From Candidatus Parcubacteria bacterium (lineage in GTDB: Bacteria > Patescibacteriota > Minisyncoccia > Phycocordibacterales > CAIJYI01): a stretch of 64,000 nt of DNA. Location of the stretch: NCBI GenBank assembly GCA_026395595.1, contig JAPLYL010000008.1:56417-120416 (forward strand), given 5' to 3'. Positions 18,858 to 28,571 of the stretch are shown here, piece by piece. Positions within the stretch are counted from its first letter, which is position 1, and each line of letters opens with the position of its first letter. A program made the translations under genes and the position numbers. Under the pieces are notes generated by a model. It had not been told where the DNA came from. It ran no database searches and saw only the letters and a program-made list of their open reading frames with translations.

Positions 18858-21059
18858 ATGATTAATAAAATTCTAAAAATCGAAGGACTAGGAAAGTTTA
18901 AGAAGTTTTCCAATACAGGAAACGACGATTTGAAATTCTTGAAATACACTGTTATTTTCGGTTACAACACATACGGAAAAAGTACTCTGACAACCATTTT
19001 TAGATCTCTTAAAGATTCCGATCAAAAACGCCTGAATGGAAAGAAAAGTTTTGGATTCATTGGAAATCTTGCCATCGATATATTGGATGAGACTGGTCAA
19101 CACCTAACACTTGCAAACGGCAAATGGAGCAATCCTAATATAGCTATTTTTGATAATTATTTCACCCATAGCTCTGTTTTTGTTGGAGATGAAATAGGTC
19201 ACAAACACAAGTCATCTTTGTATGGAGTTTTTGTCGGGGAGGATATCAGACAACAAATTTCTAAGTTAAAAGAACTGCGGGGTGAGCAAGATGCCTTAGA
19301 AAAAGAGCGTGACAAAATTAAGTCTGAATACACAAAAGGGTATCTTGGAACTTTCGATGCCTTTCTTGGAAAGGAAGCGGTTGATGGAGTTGAAGAGAAA
19401 AAAGAAACTAAAAAGAAAGAAATTCAAAGGATAAAGAACTCCGTTTCGCTTAAACAACTTATTGCGAGCTCTCCATTTGCAAGTAAGTTCGAGAAATTTT
19501 CGGCATCAATGCAAAAAACACTTGATACCTCAGCTGAAACGAATATCGAAAATCATGTAAAATCTCATTGGAAAGATGTTACAGCCTCCAAAAATTTTCT
19601 GGCCGCAGGCGTTGATTTATTGAAAGACGGTACGAACACTTGTGTTTTCTGTGGGCAGGGCCTCACGCCCGTGGTAAATCTTATCAAAGACTTCAAAAAT
19701 GTTTTTGGGGCTACCTACAAAGAAACACAGCAGGAAATAGAAAAAATTGGCGAGGCGTTCTTGCGATTTGATGTAGAAGCTGAAATGGCAAAATTCACTC
19801 CGCTCGGGGTTATCTGCGAAGAAATATACAACAAGGATGTTTTGTTAAAAAATAAAAATATCCTCGACGAAGATGTTCGCAAAAAACTTAAGAATTTAAA
19901 TTACGCAATTGATGTTACTTCAGCTATAAGCCCCTTCAAATCTTTTGTTGCGGAAATAGTAAAATTACATCCAACTTTTGAGATGCTTAAGACTCAGGAG
20001 TTTTCTACTATAAAACAAACCGCATTGGAAAACGAACTGAAACAATTAGAACTCGCACAATATCGCCACGGGGAGGAAGGTGTCGCTCTTGCTCAAAAAT
20101 TTACCAAGGCCATTATAGCCGTTGAAACCAAAAAAACAGAAATCGATACTCTACGAAAAAAGATTGACGAAGCAACCAAAGATACTATTGGAAAAAACCA
20201 GAAGCAAGTTAATACAATACTTACGGATGTATTAAAGGCGGATTTCACAATCCAAAAAATGAGCGGTCAATCAAATTTAACCAGAGCTAATGCTCACTCT
20301 ATAGATTATGAATTCGTTATAAACGAAAATATCGTTCCCATATCCAATAAACACTTACAGACTGATGAGGAGCCATTAGACAAACCATATTTCGGAAATA
20401 CACTTAGCGATAGTGATAGAAGATTGCTCGCACTCGCGTTCTTCATTGCCAGCTTGCAAACGGATAGTAATCTGAAAGACAAGATAATTGTTTTAGATGA
20501 TCCATTTTCTAGCTTTGATTCAAATAGAAAAGATTATTTGGCGAGAATGATTATTGATATCCAGAACGAGAAAAAGGAACGACCGGGACAAATAATCGTT
20601 ATGACACACGACGATGGGTTTCTTGGTCGACTCCAATCAAAATTACCGTCATCTGACACGAAAGTACTTAAGATTAAAAACTCCGTTGCCGATGGCTCAG
20701 TTTTAGACAAATGTGATGTTGATGAAATTATCGAGGAAGAATATTTCAAAAACATAAAGCACATCAAAGAGGCAGCAGATAAAACAAGGGATGTAGATAG
20801 TGCCCTGAAACGGGTTCGTCCATGTCTTGAGCGAGTTTTACGACATAAGTACTATTTTTGTCTTGATAAAGAAACACTTGAGAGCGGAAGCATAACCTCT
20901 TATCTTGAAAAAATTGATAAAAAGTGCGTGATAAAAGATGAAATACTGAAAAGTGGTTGGCACGAACACATGCACGATGAACACGAGATTATGAAATTAT
21001 TGGAGCCGGAAAAAGTTCAAAAATTGAAGGATTTTCTTGTTCTCCTTGAAAAAATATAG
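18858..21059 (+). CDS. RloC-like / AAA_13 ABC-type ATPase
   Basis: Walker A GYNTYGKST, zinc hook CVFCG in coiled coil, TLSDSDR signature, VLDDPFSSFD, THD, His-rich helical C-terminus. Confidence 0.75.
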   Translation: MINKILKIEGLGKFKKFSNTGNDDLKFLKYTVIFGYNTYGKSTLTTIFRSLKDSDQKRLNGKKSFGFIGNLAIDILDETGQHLTLANGKWSNPNIAIFDNYFTHSSVFVGDEIGHKHKSSLYGVFVGEDIRQQISKLKELRGEQDALEKERDKIKSEYTKGYLGTFDAFLGKEAVDGVEEKKETKKKEIQRIKNSVSLKQLIASSPFASKFEKFSASMQKTLDTSAETNIENHVKSHWKDVTASKNFLAAGVDLLKDGTNTCVFCGQGLTPVVNLIKDFKNVFGATYKETQQEIEKIGEAFLRFDVEAEMAKFTPLGVICEEIYNKDVLLKNKNILDEDVRKKLKNLNYAIDVTSAISPFKSFVAEIVKLHPTFEMLKTQEFSTIKQTALENELKQLELAQYRHGEEGVALAQKFTKAIIAVETKKTEIDTLRKKIDEATKDTIGKNQKQVNTILTDVLKADFTIQKMSGQSNLTRANAHSIDYEFVINENIVPISNKHLQTDEEPLDKPYFGNTLSDSDRRLLALAFFIASLQTDSNLKDKIIVLDDPFSSFDSNRKDYLARMIIDIQNEKKERPGQIIVMTHDDGFLGRLQSKLPSSDTKVLKIKNSVADGSVLDKCDVDEIIEEEYFKNIKHIKEAADKTRDVDSALKRVRPCLERVLRHKYYFCLDKETLESGSITSYLEKIDKKCVIKDEILKSGWHEHMHDEHEIMKLLEPEKVQKLKDFLVLLEKI

Positions 21060-21175
21060 GGCTGTAAGTGGTAATAGGTGAATCAAACAAAAAGGAACTC
21101 ATTAAGTTACTTTGTCTTCGTTGAAACGGGGGGGGGGGGGCGAATATCGTGGAAAATTATGCATTGAAAATTGTC

Positions 21176-24040
21176 TTAGGGACACGCCAAACATGCTTTT
21201 GCAAGATCTTCAAGCTCTTTGAAGATTGTTTCCGCTTCTACTCGCTCAGGAGTTACCCCTTCAGGTAAGGAGTTTATAAATATTGGAGAATCCAACAACT
21301 GATCCTCAAGCATTACTGCAATTCCAACATCGGTTCTTTTCCTAATAAGTCTTCCGAAGCCCTGCTTAAAAAGCATTACGGCGAGTGGCTGATAGTAGTT
21401 TTTGAAACCATCTAACCTCTTGTTGTCCAATTCCTTACAACGAGCCTGTATAATGGGAAGGTTTGGGTTTCTATAGGGCGTTTTGTAGATAAAAAGAGAT
21501 CTTAGAGAATTACCTGGGACATCAACCCCCTGCCATAAAGTTTCTGTACCGATCAACACTGAATTTGTGTCACTGGAAAAATCTCTGATTACAGAAGTAC
21601 AAGATTGCCCCCTCGATTGTTTCAGTAGCCAAAGATTCTTTTTTGATAATGGACGAACCAGTTTTTCATAAATCTTGTTTACCTGGTCAAAACTCGTACA
21701 GAGAATAAGTGCCCCTCCGTTACTTGCGATAATCGCTTTTTCTAAAAAATCAACACTTTCGTTAAAATGACGGTCGCCCTTCATTGTCTTGAACGAAATG
21801 CCTTTCGGAAGGAAAAATTTGGCTTGTTTATCGTAATCAAATGAAGAGGAAAAGATGTACCCTTTTACGTTTCCTTTTTCTATAAGTCCCAACCCGCAGC
21901 GACTCGAAAAAAAGTTAAATTTTTTATCAATTGTTAGTGTCGCGGATGTCAGTACCACAGAGGAATAATTTTGATAGACTTTTTCGTTCAATTCTTTAGC
22001 GACAGACAGTAAAGATCCTTTTATCTCAACGCCCGAGTTGGTTCTTTCTAAGTATTTAATATATGCGGGGCTGGTGTTTATAAAAACAATGACTGTATCA
22101 ATTATTTGTTTTACCGTACGTATACGGATAGTTAATATTTTTTGTTGTTGCTCGTTCTTTGTTTCTTTTGCAAAAACTTCCATTATACTTTGGATACTTG
22201 CGAGACGGTCTCGAATCTGAATCAAAATACCCTGAAGAGCAGTTAATCCATCCTTGTTCATTTCTGAAAAAAGACTGTACTGAGAGTAACCTTTGTCGTT
22301 CGGTTTTGAAACAAGTTTTGGCGTAATCTCGTCAAACAAAGAGGTAATATCAAGATTAAGATTGGATTCTACCTCAAAAAAAGAATCCGACAAAGACGAC
22401 AACCTATTCTCATTTTTTTGTTTTGCGATATTTTCTATTATGTTAGCAACGCCTTTCCTTTTTCCTTTTCCAAACAAATGTTGCTCAAGTAAAATAAAAC
22501 GATCTTTAGAGAGAATTTGTTCCCATGCGGAAGTGGCATCTTCTTCAAGGTGATGAGCTTCGTCAAATACTATGTATTTTGCTTCTCCAGGAAATACGGT
22601 GTGTGAAAAACTAACGGCATGTTTTTGTGCGGAATTTTCTTCATCAACAAAATCGTTTTCTTTTTCTTCGGCTGGAACAATCCCAGACAACATAATCGCG
22701 TGATTCACAACCACAAGGTCTGCGTCTCTTGCGCGAAGTTTTGCTTTTGCGAGAAAACACTTTCCCTCACCAAACAAATCGCAAACTCCTTGTGTGCAAA
22801 GCTCGTCAGTATTGCATACATCGTGTTCGATCTTCTTTGGCATTCGTTCTGTAAGCCAATAAGGTAGTTCTCCCCAGTCTCCACGTGTAGTCTCTAAAAC
22901 CCAAGAAGAAAGAAGAATTCCTGATAGCGGGCGAGTAAACCTAATTCCATCTCTTTTGAATTCATATAAAGAACGCTGTGTACCTTCTGCTATTATTTCC
23001 TCTATGAATTCACTAAATTTTGATAAACAAACATAATTCTTTTTTCCCTTCAAGACGGCAACGTGTAATTCTTTTCCCATTAGTTCACATAGGTGGGGAA
23101 TTTCTTTAAATGCGAGCTGGTCTTGCAGAGCTTTTGTATGGGTTGAAATTATAACTGGTATATTATTTTCAAGCGCAAAAAGGACGGAAGGGGCTAAATA
23201 TGCTTTTGATTTTCCCGTTCCTGTACCGGCTTCAATAACCGCGTGTTTTTTATTATTAAAGGAGAATGCAATTGCCGCAGCCATTTTCTTTTGTTCTGGA
23301 CGAGCCTCCGAATAGTTGCCGGATTTATCAATCGCTGGATCAAAATATTTTTCTACATCCTCTATTTTTATTTCCTTGTTGGCCTTAAACCCAAGAGTGT
23401 TTTGCCCCACGGGTTTTCTATATGACTGAAACGGTTCGACTAAATGTGAAATATCTATGATATCCTCTGACCTAGCAGGTAGAAAATCTTTCCACCACCA
23501 ATTTACTCGTTCAGACAAGTAACGAAGCGCTGATCTGTGCTTTAACGGTTTTCTTACATATAGTGCTTGTAGGTTTTTTATAATCTCAAATTCACTTTCG
23601 CAATCCTGAAGAGCGCGATGCCTGACCGATTCTAATTTGAAATATTCTGAAAGTGCTGTAGTCGAATGCCCAAATGGATTTGTCGGCAAGATAAAAAATG
23701 CGAATTCAAGAGAATCTTGCTTGTCATCGAATTTAAGACCCTCTCGTTCCAGTATCGGAAAATCGAAAGAAAATCCATTATGAGAAACTACGGTATATCC
23801 TTTAATAAATTCTCTTGTTTGTTTAATTACTTCTTCAATTGTTGGTGCGTTGCAAACATCTTTTTCTGTAATTCCAGTAATTCGTTTTATTGTTTCTGGG
23901 ATTTCATCAGAATAACGCACAAAAGTAGACCATCTTTTTAAAACAGTATTTCCTGAAACCAAAATAGCACCGACTTCAAGGACAGAGGAAAATTCACGAT
24001 CTAAACCCGTTGTTTCAATATCCAGTATGACGTATTTCAT
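21176..24040 (-). CDS. DinG-family helicase with N-terminal DnaQ-like 3'-5' exonuclease
   Basis: LDIETTG, HNG..FD, HRALQD (DEDDh); EAGTGTGKS, Cys cluster, DEAHH, SAT, QGFGRLIR. Confidence 0.88.
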   Translation of the reverse strand: MKYVILDIETTGLDREFSSVLEVGAILVSGNTVLKRWSTFVRYSDEIPETIKRITGITEKDVCNAPTIEEVIKQTREFIKGYTVVSHNGFSFDFPILEREGLKFDDKQDSLEFAFFILPTNPFGHSTTALSEYFKLESVRHRALQDCESEFEIIKNLQALYVRKPLKHRSALRYLSERVNWWWKDFLPARSEDIIDISHLVEPFQSYRKPVGQNTLGFKANKEIKIEDVEKYFDPAIDKSGNYSEARPEQKKMAAAIAFSFNNKKHAVIEAGTGTGKSKAYLAPSVLFALENNIPVIISTHTKALQDQLAFKEIPHLCELMGKELHVAVLKGKKNYVCLSKFSEFIEEIIAEGTQRSLYEFKRDGIRFTRPLSGILLSSWVLETTRGDWGELPYWLTERMPKKIEHDVCNTDELCTQGVCDLFGEGKCFLAKAKLRARDADLVVVNHAIMLSGIVPAEEKENDFVDEENSAQKHAVSFSHTVFPGEAKYIVFDEAHHLEEDATSAWEQILSKDRFILLEQHLFGKGKRKGVANIIENIAKQKNENRLSSLSDSFFEVESNLNLDITSLFDEITPKLVSKPNDKGYSQYSLFSEMNKDGLTALQGILIQIRDRLASIQSIMEVFAKETKNEQQQKILTIRIRTVKQIIDTVIVFINTSPAYIKYLERTNSGVEIKGSLLSVAKELNEKVYQNYSSVVLTSATLTIDKKFNFFSSRCGLGLIEKGNVKGYIFSSSFDYDKQAKFFLPKGISFKTMKGDRHFNESVDFLEKAIIASNGGALILCTSFDQVNKIYEKLVRPLSKKNLWLLKQSRGQSCTSVIRDFSSDTNSVLIGTETLWQGVDVPGNSLRSLFIYKTPYRNPNLPIIQARCKELDNKRLDGFKNYYQPLAVMLFKQGFGRLIRKRTDVGIAVMLEDQLLDSPIFINSLPEGVTPERVEAETIFKELEDLAKACLACP

Positions 24041-24160
24041 GATAGGTGATTCAAAAGTATCACACTATAAGCAATGCGTCAAAAAAGTTTTCTATTTAGA
24101 TCCGACAAAACTTGTTGATAACCACCCCTTCGCAACCGCTTCTTTTTAAGCTAAGGTACA

Positions 24161-24189
24161 TGGACTAATAGTACTTTTTGCGCTATTAT
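24161..24189 (+). promoter_or_regulatory. Putative sigma70 promoter for structured leader A
   Basis: TGGACT-17 bp-TATTAT, followed by boxA-like TGTTCATTGACAACTGAATA. Confidence 0.45.
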
Positions 24190-24210
24190 GTTCATTGACA
24201 ACTGAATATT

Positions 24211-24412
24211 CTGGTCGGAAGACCAGGTACCTAACCCCGAAAGATTTTCTTTCGGATATGGTACGGAATCCCATGGAAGACACTGAACCCTGCGTTCAGC
24301 GACTCTTCCATGGGTCATATCGGGAAACTGGTATGGGACCGAAAGGTCTAGCTGGCGCAGGGTTCAGTGTACCCACTGTTTCTCTCGCCAGCTACTTAAT
24401 AGCTGGTTTTTA
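24211..24412 (+). ncRNA. Structured leader RNA, copy A (candidate RNA switch with terminator)
   Basis: Multiple hairpins with GNRA loops, competing long helices, terminator CCAGCTA/TAGCTGG-TTTTT; architecture shared with 47151-47290. Confidence 0.7.
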
Positions 24413-24426
24413 TTCTCTCTAATAAT

Positions 24427-25173
24427 ATGCCCTTCAAAGAGTACATAAGTAATCACCCCGATCTTGTTCGGGAACGAATTCATAATTTTTTAGGATACGG
24501 AAATCTCTTAGGCGACATTTGGTTCGTCGGAATGGAAGAAGGAGGCAATGAGACGCCAGAAATTCTGCTGTCTCGTTTTCTCGCCACCTCGCAAGGGAAA
24601 ATGTTCGACATTTATGATGATATGCGCGAACATCCGGATCATATGCGTTGGTTCAAAGAAAATGCACCAACGCAGGCGACATATCGAAAACTTATTTATC
24701 TTTTACTGTTCCTCCGTTTGGGAAAAGAGCCTTCCCTCGGAGACATTCGCGAGTATCAAATAAAGAGCTTCGGAAGAAAATCGTCCGATCACGCGGTTTT
24801 GGAACTCATGCCGTTACCGTCAAAAACAATAGACAAAAAAGACTGGAGATATGGTGATCTCGGTATCGAAGAACTTTCTTCTCGGAAAAAGTATCTTACC
24901 GAATTCAAATCCGACCGTGTGGAACTTTTCCGATCGCTCGTTGAAGATCACAAGCCGAAGCTTGTAATCTTTTATTCTCTTGGATATATCAAAGACTGGC
25001 AGAAAATTGCTGAAACGCCTTTTACGGAAATAATTCCGAAAAAACTATTAATCGCGCAAAGAGACGGAACCACCTTCGTTGTGGTTCCGCACTCTGTCGC
25101 GAGAGGACACTCAGATGAATCATGGAGATCTATCGTCGAAGGCATTATATCTGCTCATCCGTTTTCTTCATAG
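24427..25173 (+). CDS. Hypothetical protein, possible uracil-DNA glycosylase-like fold
   Basis: GYGN..IWFVGMEEGG and late VVPHS motifs spaced like UDG motifs A and B (inference). Confidence 0.5.
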   Translation: MPFKEYISNHPDLVRERIHNFLGYGNLLGDIWFVGMEEGGNETPEILLSRFLATSQGKMFDIYDDMREHPDHMRWFKENAPTQATYRKLIYLLLFLRLGKEPSLGDIREYQIKSFGRKSSDHAVLELMPLPSKTIDKKDWRYGDLGIEELSSRKKYLTEFKSDRVELFRSLVEDHKPKLVIFYSLGYIKDWQKIAETPFTEIIPKKLLIAQRDGTTFVVVPHSVARGHSDESWRSIVEGIISAHPFSS

Positions 25174-25540
25174 GTACCGTATAAATATTTAACTTGGTAA
25201 TCGGAGGAACGAACTCGCTATCGGGCGTTTTCTGATTCTTTGTTTGGTAGTCCGGATGGCATCTCTCGAGTTGGAATTTCACGGCTTGCATATTGTTCTG
25301 CTGGATATTTTGGATAAGATGCGTATGAGCAAGATCATTCACGAAGCTTTTTCCAAGGTTGATAGCATTATCCGCCTTAAGAGCAAATGGCCGTTCCTCT
25401 TTCCATGTGTAGAAAGTTTCTCGACTAATACCGGCTCGTTTGCAGGAATACCATATATTTCCCGAATCGCGGAGAAATTCAAGTACTTTTTCTTGCATTC
25501 TATGAGTCCTCTCTTTCACGTCTGATGATTTTTTCGCCAT
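25145..25540 (-). CDS. Phage-type HTH protein (terminase small subunit-like)
   Basis: SCKRAGISRETFYTW HTH; follows phage-type MTases. Confidence 0.55.
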   Translation of the reverse strand: MAKKSSDVKERTHRMQEKVLEFLRDSGNIWYSCKRAGISRETFYTWKEERPFALKADNAINLGKSFVNDLAHTHLIQNIQQNNMQAVKFQLERCHPDYQTKNQKTPDSEFVPPITKLNIYTVPMKKTDEQI

Positions 25541-26288
25541 GTCCGGTAAGTTTTTTCCAGCGTTCCACTATCGTCGCGCAATATTCAGGTTCGATTTCGA
25601 CCATAACGCAACGTCTCTTCGTCTGCTCGCACGCAATAAGCGTTGAGCCACTACCGCCGAAGGGATCGTATACGCAATCGTTCACACTGGTGCTGTTAAG
25701 AATGATTTTCCTCAAAATCCCGATCGGTTTCATCGTCGGATGAAGTTTGCTTCGGGACGGTTTCGGAGCGAAGATGACTGATTTGTCTTTTCCTCTTTCG
25801 AATTTATGCGTTCCTTTCCAACCGTAAAGGATGAGTTCGTGCTGGGGAAGGTAATCGAGCCGTCCGATGATTGCTCGGTCTTTTACCCAAATAATCAGCT
25901 GGGATACTTTCACGCCAAGGTCTACGAACGCTTGCCTGAGGGAGAAAATCATCTTGTCACAATTGAAGACGTAAATGCTATTCTTTTTTGAGAGGTGCGG
26001 AAGAATATTTTTCAGCCATCCTTTCGTGAAATCGGCATACTCCTCGTCGCTCATAAGCCCATCGTTTTCAATATCTTTGTCGACAGAAATTTCTTGCATT
26101 CCTCGCTTGCTCGCAACGTAATCAATCGCATACGGCGGATCTGTCAGAATCAAATCGATTGTACCTTTCAGAATCTCGCGGAGAGGAACCGTCTTTGCCT
26201 CTCCGCAAACGAGAATGTGATCGCCGAGAGTGATAATGTTGCCTTTCTTAATCGAGTTGCTTCGCTTTGTGTCCGGTGAATTTTTCAT
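25500..26288 (-). CDS. N6/N4 DNA methyltransferase (beta class)
   Basis: TDPPY, HPTMKP, DPFGGSGSTLIAC. Confidence 0.9.
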   Translation of the reverse strand: MKNSPDTKRSNSIKKGNIITLGDHILVCGEAKTVPLREILKGTIDLILTDPPYAIDYVASKRGMQEISVDKDIENDGLMSDEEYADFTKGWLKNILPHLSKKNSIYVFNCDKMIFSLRQAFVDLGVKVSQLIIWVKDRAIIGRLDYLPQHELILYGWKGTHKFERGKDKSVIFAPKPSRSKLHPTMKPIGILRKIILNSTSVNDCVYDPFGGSGSTLIACEQTKRRCVMVEIEPEYCATIVERWKKLTGHGEKIIRREREDS

Positions 26289-27522
26289 ATCGGTTGATGA
26301 TGAGCTGGCAAAAGATAGGGCTTTTTTCGACCAAGAATGCCCGGCGTTTCATTTGTTCGCAAGCGAGAAGTGTGGAACCGCTTCCTCCGAATAGATCAAG
26401 TACGTTATCGCCGATTTTTGTGCATCGGTTTAGAGGTCGCTCATGAAGAGAAAGCGGTTTCTGTGTCGGATGTTCGTACTCGTCACCCGAAATGCGTTTC
26501 GCGAGCCAGATGTCGATCATGTCGGTGATATCGTCGATTGTTGCGTTTCCGATTCCAATGTCTTTGTTAAGAATCTCCGCGAATTTCGTGTGCTTTGGCG
26601 AAAGATAGGGTTTTCCGGTCGTTCCGTAAACGCAGGGTTCATAAAGCTTAGAGAACGCTACCTGAGGTGTCACATTGATTCCGTTTTTAACCCAGAGTGC
26701 CGTGCGTTTGTATCCGATACCTAGTTCTTCGAAAAGCATTTGAAGCATGCCGACATATTTTTGATCGCAGTACCAGAAGTGGTGGGCGTTTTCCGCACTT
26801 ACGGAAAGGGCGCTTGTCATCGCTTTGCGGAGAAACTCGCGATATTCGACATCGGTCTTCTTGTCGTCGACATCTCCGCCGTAATTCGCCTTTCCGCCAA
26901 GACCTTTATTGTAGTCGAGCGAGATATTGTAAGGCGGATCGGAATAAGCCATATCAATTTTGTGATTTCCGACAAGACGTTTCGCGACCGCTTTGTCCGT
27001 ACTATCTCCGCAGATAAGGAAGTGATCGCCGAGAGAGAAGAGATTTCCTTCTTTGATGTCCGTTTTCTTCGCTTCTTCCATTTCCTTCTTCTCATCGAAA
27101 TCGTCATCTTCAATTTCGAGAACATCGTCCCAAATGTTCGAAAGGTCGGTATCGTCAAAGCCGATGTCGAGAAGAAATTCAGTATCGAACGCTTTCAGTA
27201 GGTCGTAATCCCACGAGCCGGTGTTCTTGTTGCTTCGGAGAAGGTACTCTTCACATTCCTTCGTCGTGAGCTTCCGATTCGGAACGCGGACGTCGATTTC
27301 TTCTTTTCCGCGACCGAGTGCTTGCATAATTCGGAGGCGGGCGTGTCCCGCCAAAATGCCGTTGTCTGTATTGATGGCCGGGATTTCGACCAAGTTATAT
27401 CTATTAATACTTGTTTCGAGGTCTTTCCGCTCTTTATCGGAAATCTTCCTCGGATTCTTGGCGTGCGGGATGAGATCATCGATCTTTCTCGTTTCCGTAC
27501 TCCAGACTAATGCTTTTTGCAT
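26248..27522 (-). CDS. ParB-like domain + N6/N4 DNA methyltransferase
   Basis: NPRK..., LAGHARL (ParB-like); SDPPY, HPTQKP, DLFGGSGST. Confidence 0.88.
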   Translation of the reverse strand: MQKALVWSTETRKIDDLIPHAKNPRKISDKERKDLETSINRYNLVEIPAINTDNGILAGHARLRIMQALGRGKEEIDVRVPNRKLTTKECEEYLLRSNKNTGSWDYDLLKAFDTEFLLDIGFDDTDLSNIWDDVLEIEDDDFDEKKEMEEAKKTDIKEGNLFSLGDHFLICGDSTDKAVAKRLVGNHKIDMAYSDPPYNISLDYNKGLGGKANYGGDVDDKKTDVEYREFLRKAMTSALSVSAENAHHFWYCDQKYVGMLQMLFEELGIGYKRTALWVKNGINVTPQVAFSKLYEPCVYGTTGKPYLSPKHTKFAEILNKDIGIGNATIDDITDMIDIWLAKRISGDEYEHPTQKPLSLHERPLNRCTKIGDNVLDLFGGSGSTLLACEQMKRRAFLVEKSPIFCQLIINRYEKFTGHKAKQLD

Positions 27523-27925
27523 ATTGGTTTATATGCTATCTAATACTTAGAGACTCGTGATCTTGTCGAAAGAATCGCAAATCTCGCAGCTTTTTCTTAA
27601 CGCTATCTTAATTATATCAGGCGCATATTTTTGCCTCGTATTTTTTCGCAAGATTATGTAAAAAAGTCATATTTTAAGGTGTATTATTCGTTTCAAAACT
27701 ATTAATTTTCGCGTTCAAAACGCATTAAAAACACCTCAAAAATTGAATTTCTTTTGATTTTTTTTAAGGCGAAAAACGGTGTTCAAACCACCCCGAAAAG
27801 GCGAAATACTTCCATATATCGCCATGTATTTCGGTAAACTGCTGAATACCGTAGAGTGTGTCAGATTTGTAAGGTAGCCGACTCGCGTGCTGGAAGATTA
27901 AAATCATGCTAATATTGCTTTACTT

Positions 27926-28558
27926 ATGGAAAACATTTGGATTTCAATCGCTCTTTCGTTGTTAACCGGTGTGGTTTCCAGTTCCTTGGTTGTTTTGTAT
28001 TTTGAGCTACGACACCAAAAAATGCACGCCCTTTCACGCGCGCATATTCTTGAACGATTTTCTCGAGAGCTATTTCATATACTCACAGCGGTCAGGATTG
28101 CTTCTAATCTCAAATTAAAAAACACAGCAACAAGCAAAGCCGAAATGGTTAAAGAATTGGAACAAATTTTGGGAAGAAATACCCTTACGATTCTTCTGGG
28201 GAGAATTTCTAATCTGTCTCCCAAACAACACCAAGTCTTACTCAACGAGCTGATTTTAGCCCACTCCTCTTTGTCTGTTTTATTTTCTCAGTCCATAGGC
28301 CATAAAACACTGGAAGATCGCATTGCGGCATCAATGGCGGAAACACAAGAGTGGATTGATTCCGTTTTAATTTACTACACTACGTATCCTGAAATTATTG
28401 ACGGGACAGCTGATCAGACAATCCACATGGTTTGGATGACAAGCGTTTTTAACCTTGTCGAAAATTCCTTTGCGATTCTCAATGACGTAGTAAAGGCTCA
28501 AACATTATCTGAGGGGGCATTACGTTGGGGCAGTCGTAGTTCAAAACACGGTTCTTAA
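27926..28558 (+). CDS. Hypothetical protein with N-terminal TM helix
   Basis: 210 aa ORF, hydrophobic N-terminus. Confidence 0.6.
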   Translation: MENIWISIALSLLTGVVSSSLVVLYFELRHQKMHALSRAHILERFSRELFHILTAVRIASNLKLKNTATSKAEMVKELEQILGRNTLTILLGRISNLSPKQHQVLLNELILAHSSLSVLFSQSIGHKTLEDRIAASMAETQEWIDSVLIYYTTYPEIIDGTADQTIHMVWMTSVFNLVENSFAILNDVVKAQTLSEGALRWGSRSSKHGS

Positions 28559-28571
28559 TAAACTGTATATT

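Noticed and set aside
21128..21140. G13 homopolymer as a phase-variation switch
   Set aside because: Lies between two convergent stop codons with no frame or promoter to alter; length may be a sequencing artefact.
24195..24422. 75-aa ORF in the track (and the 80-aa ORF at 47099-47341)
   Set aside because: TTG starts, no recognisable motifs, and both coincide with structured RNA and promoter sequence.
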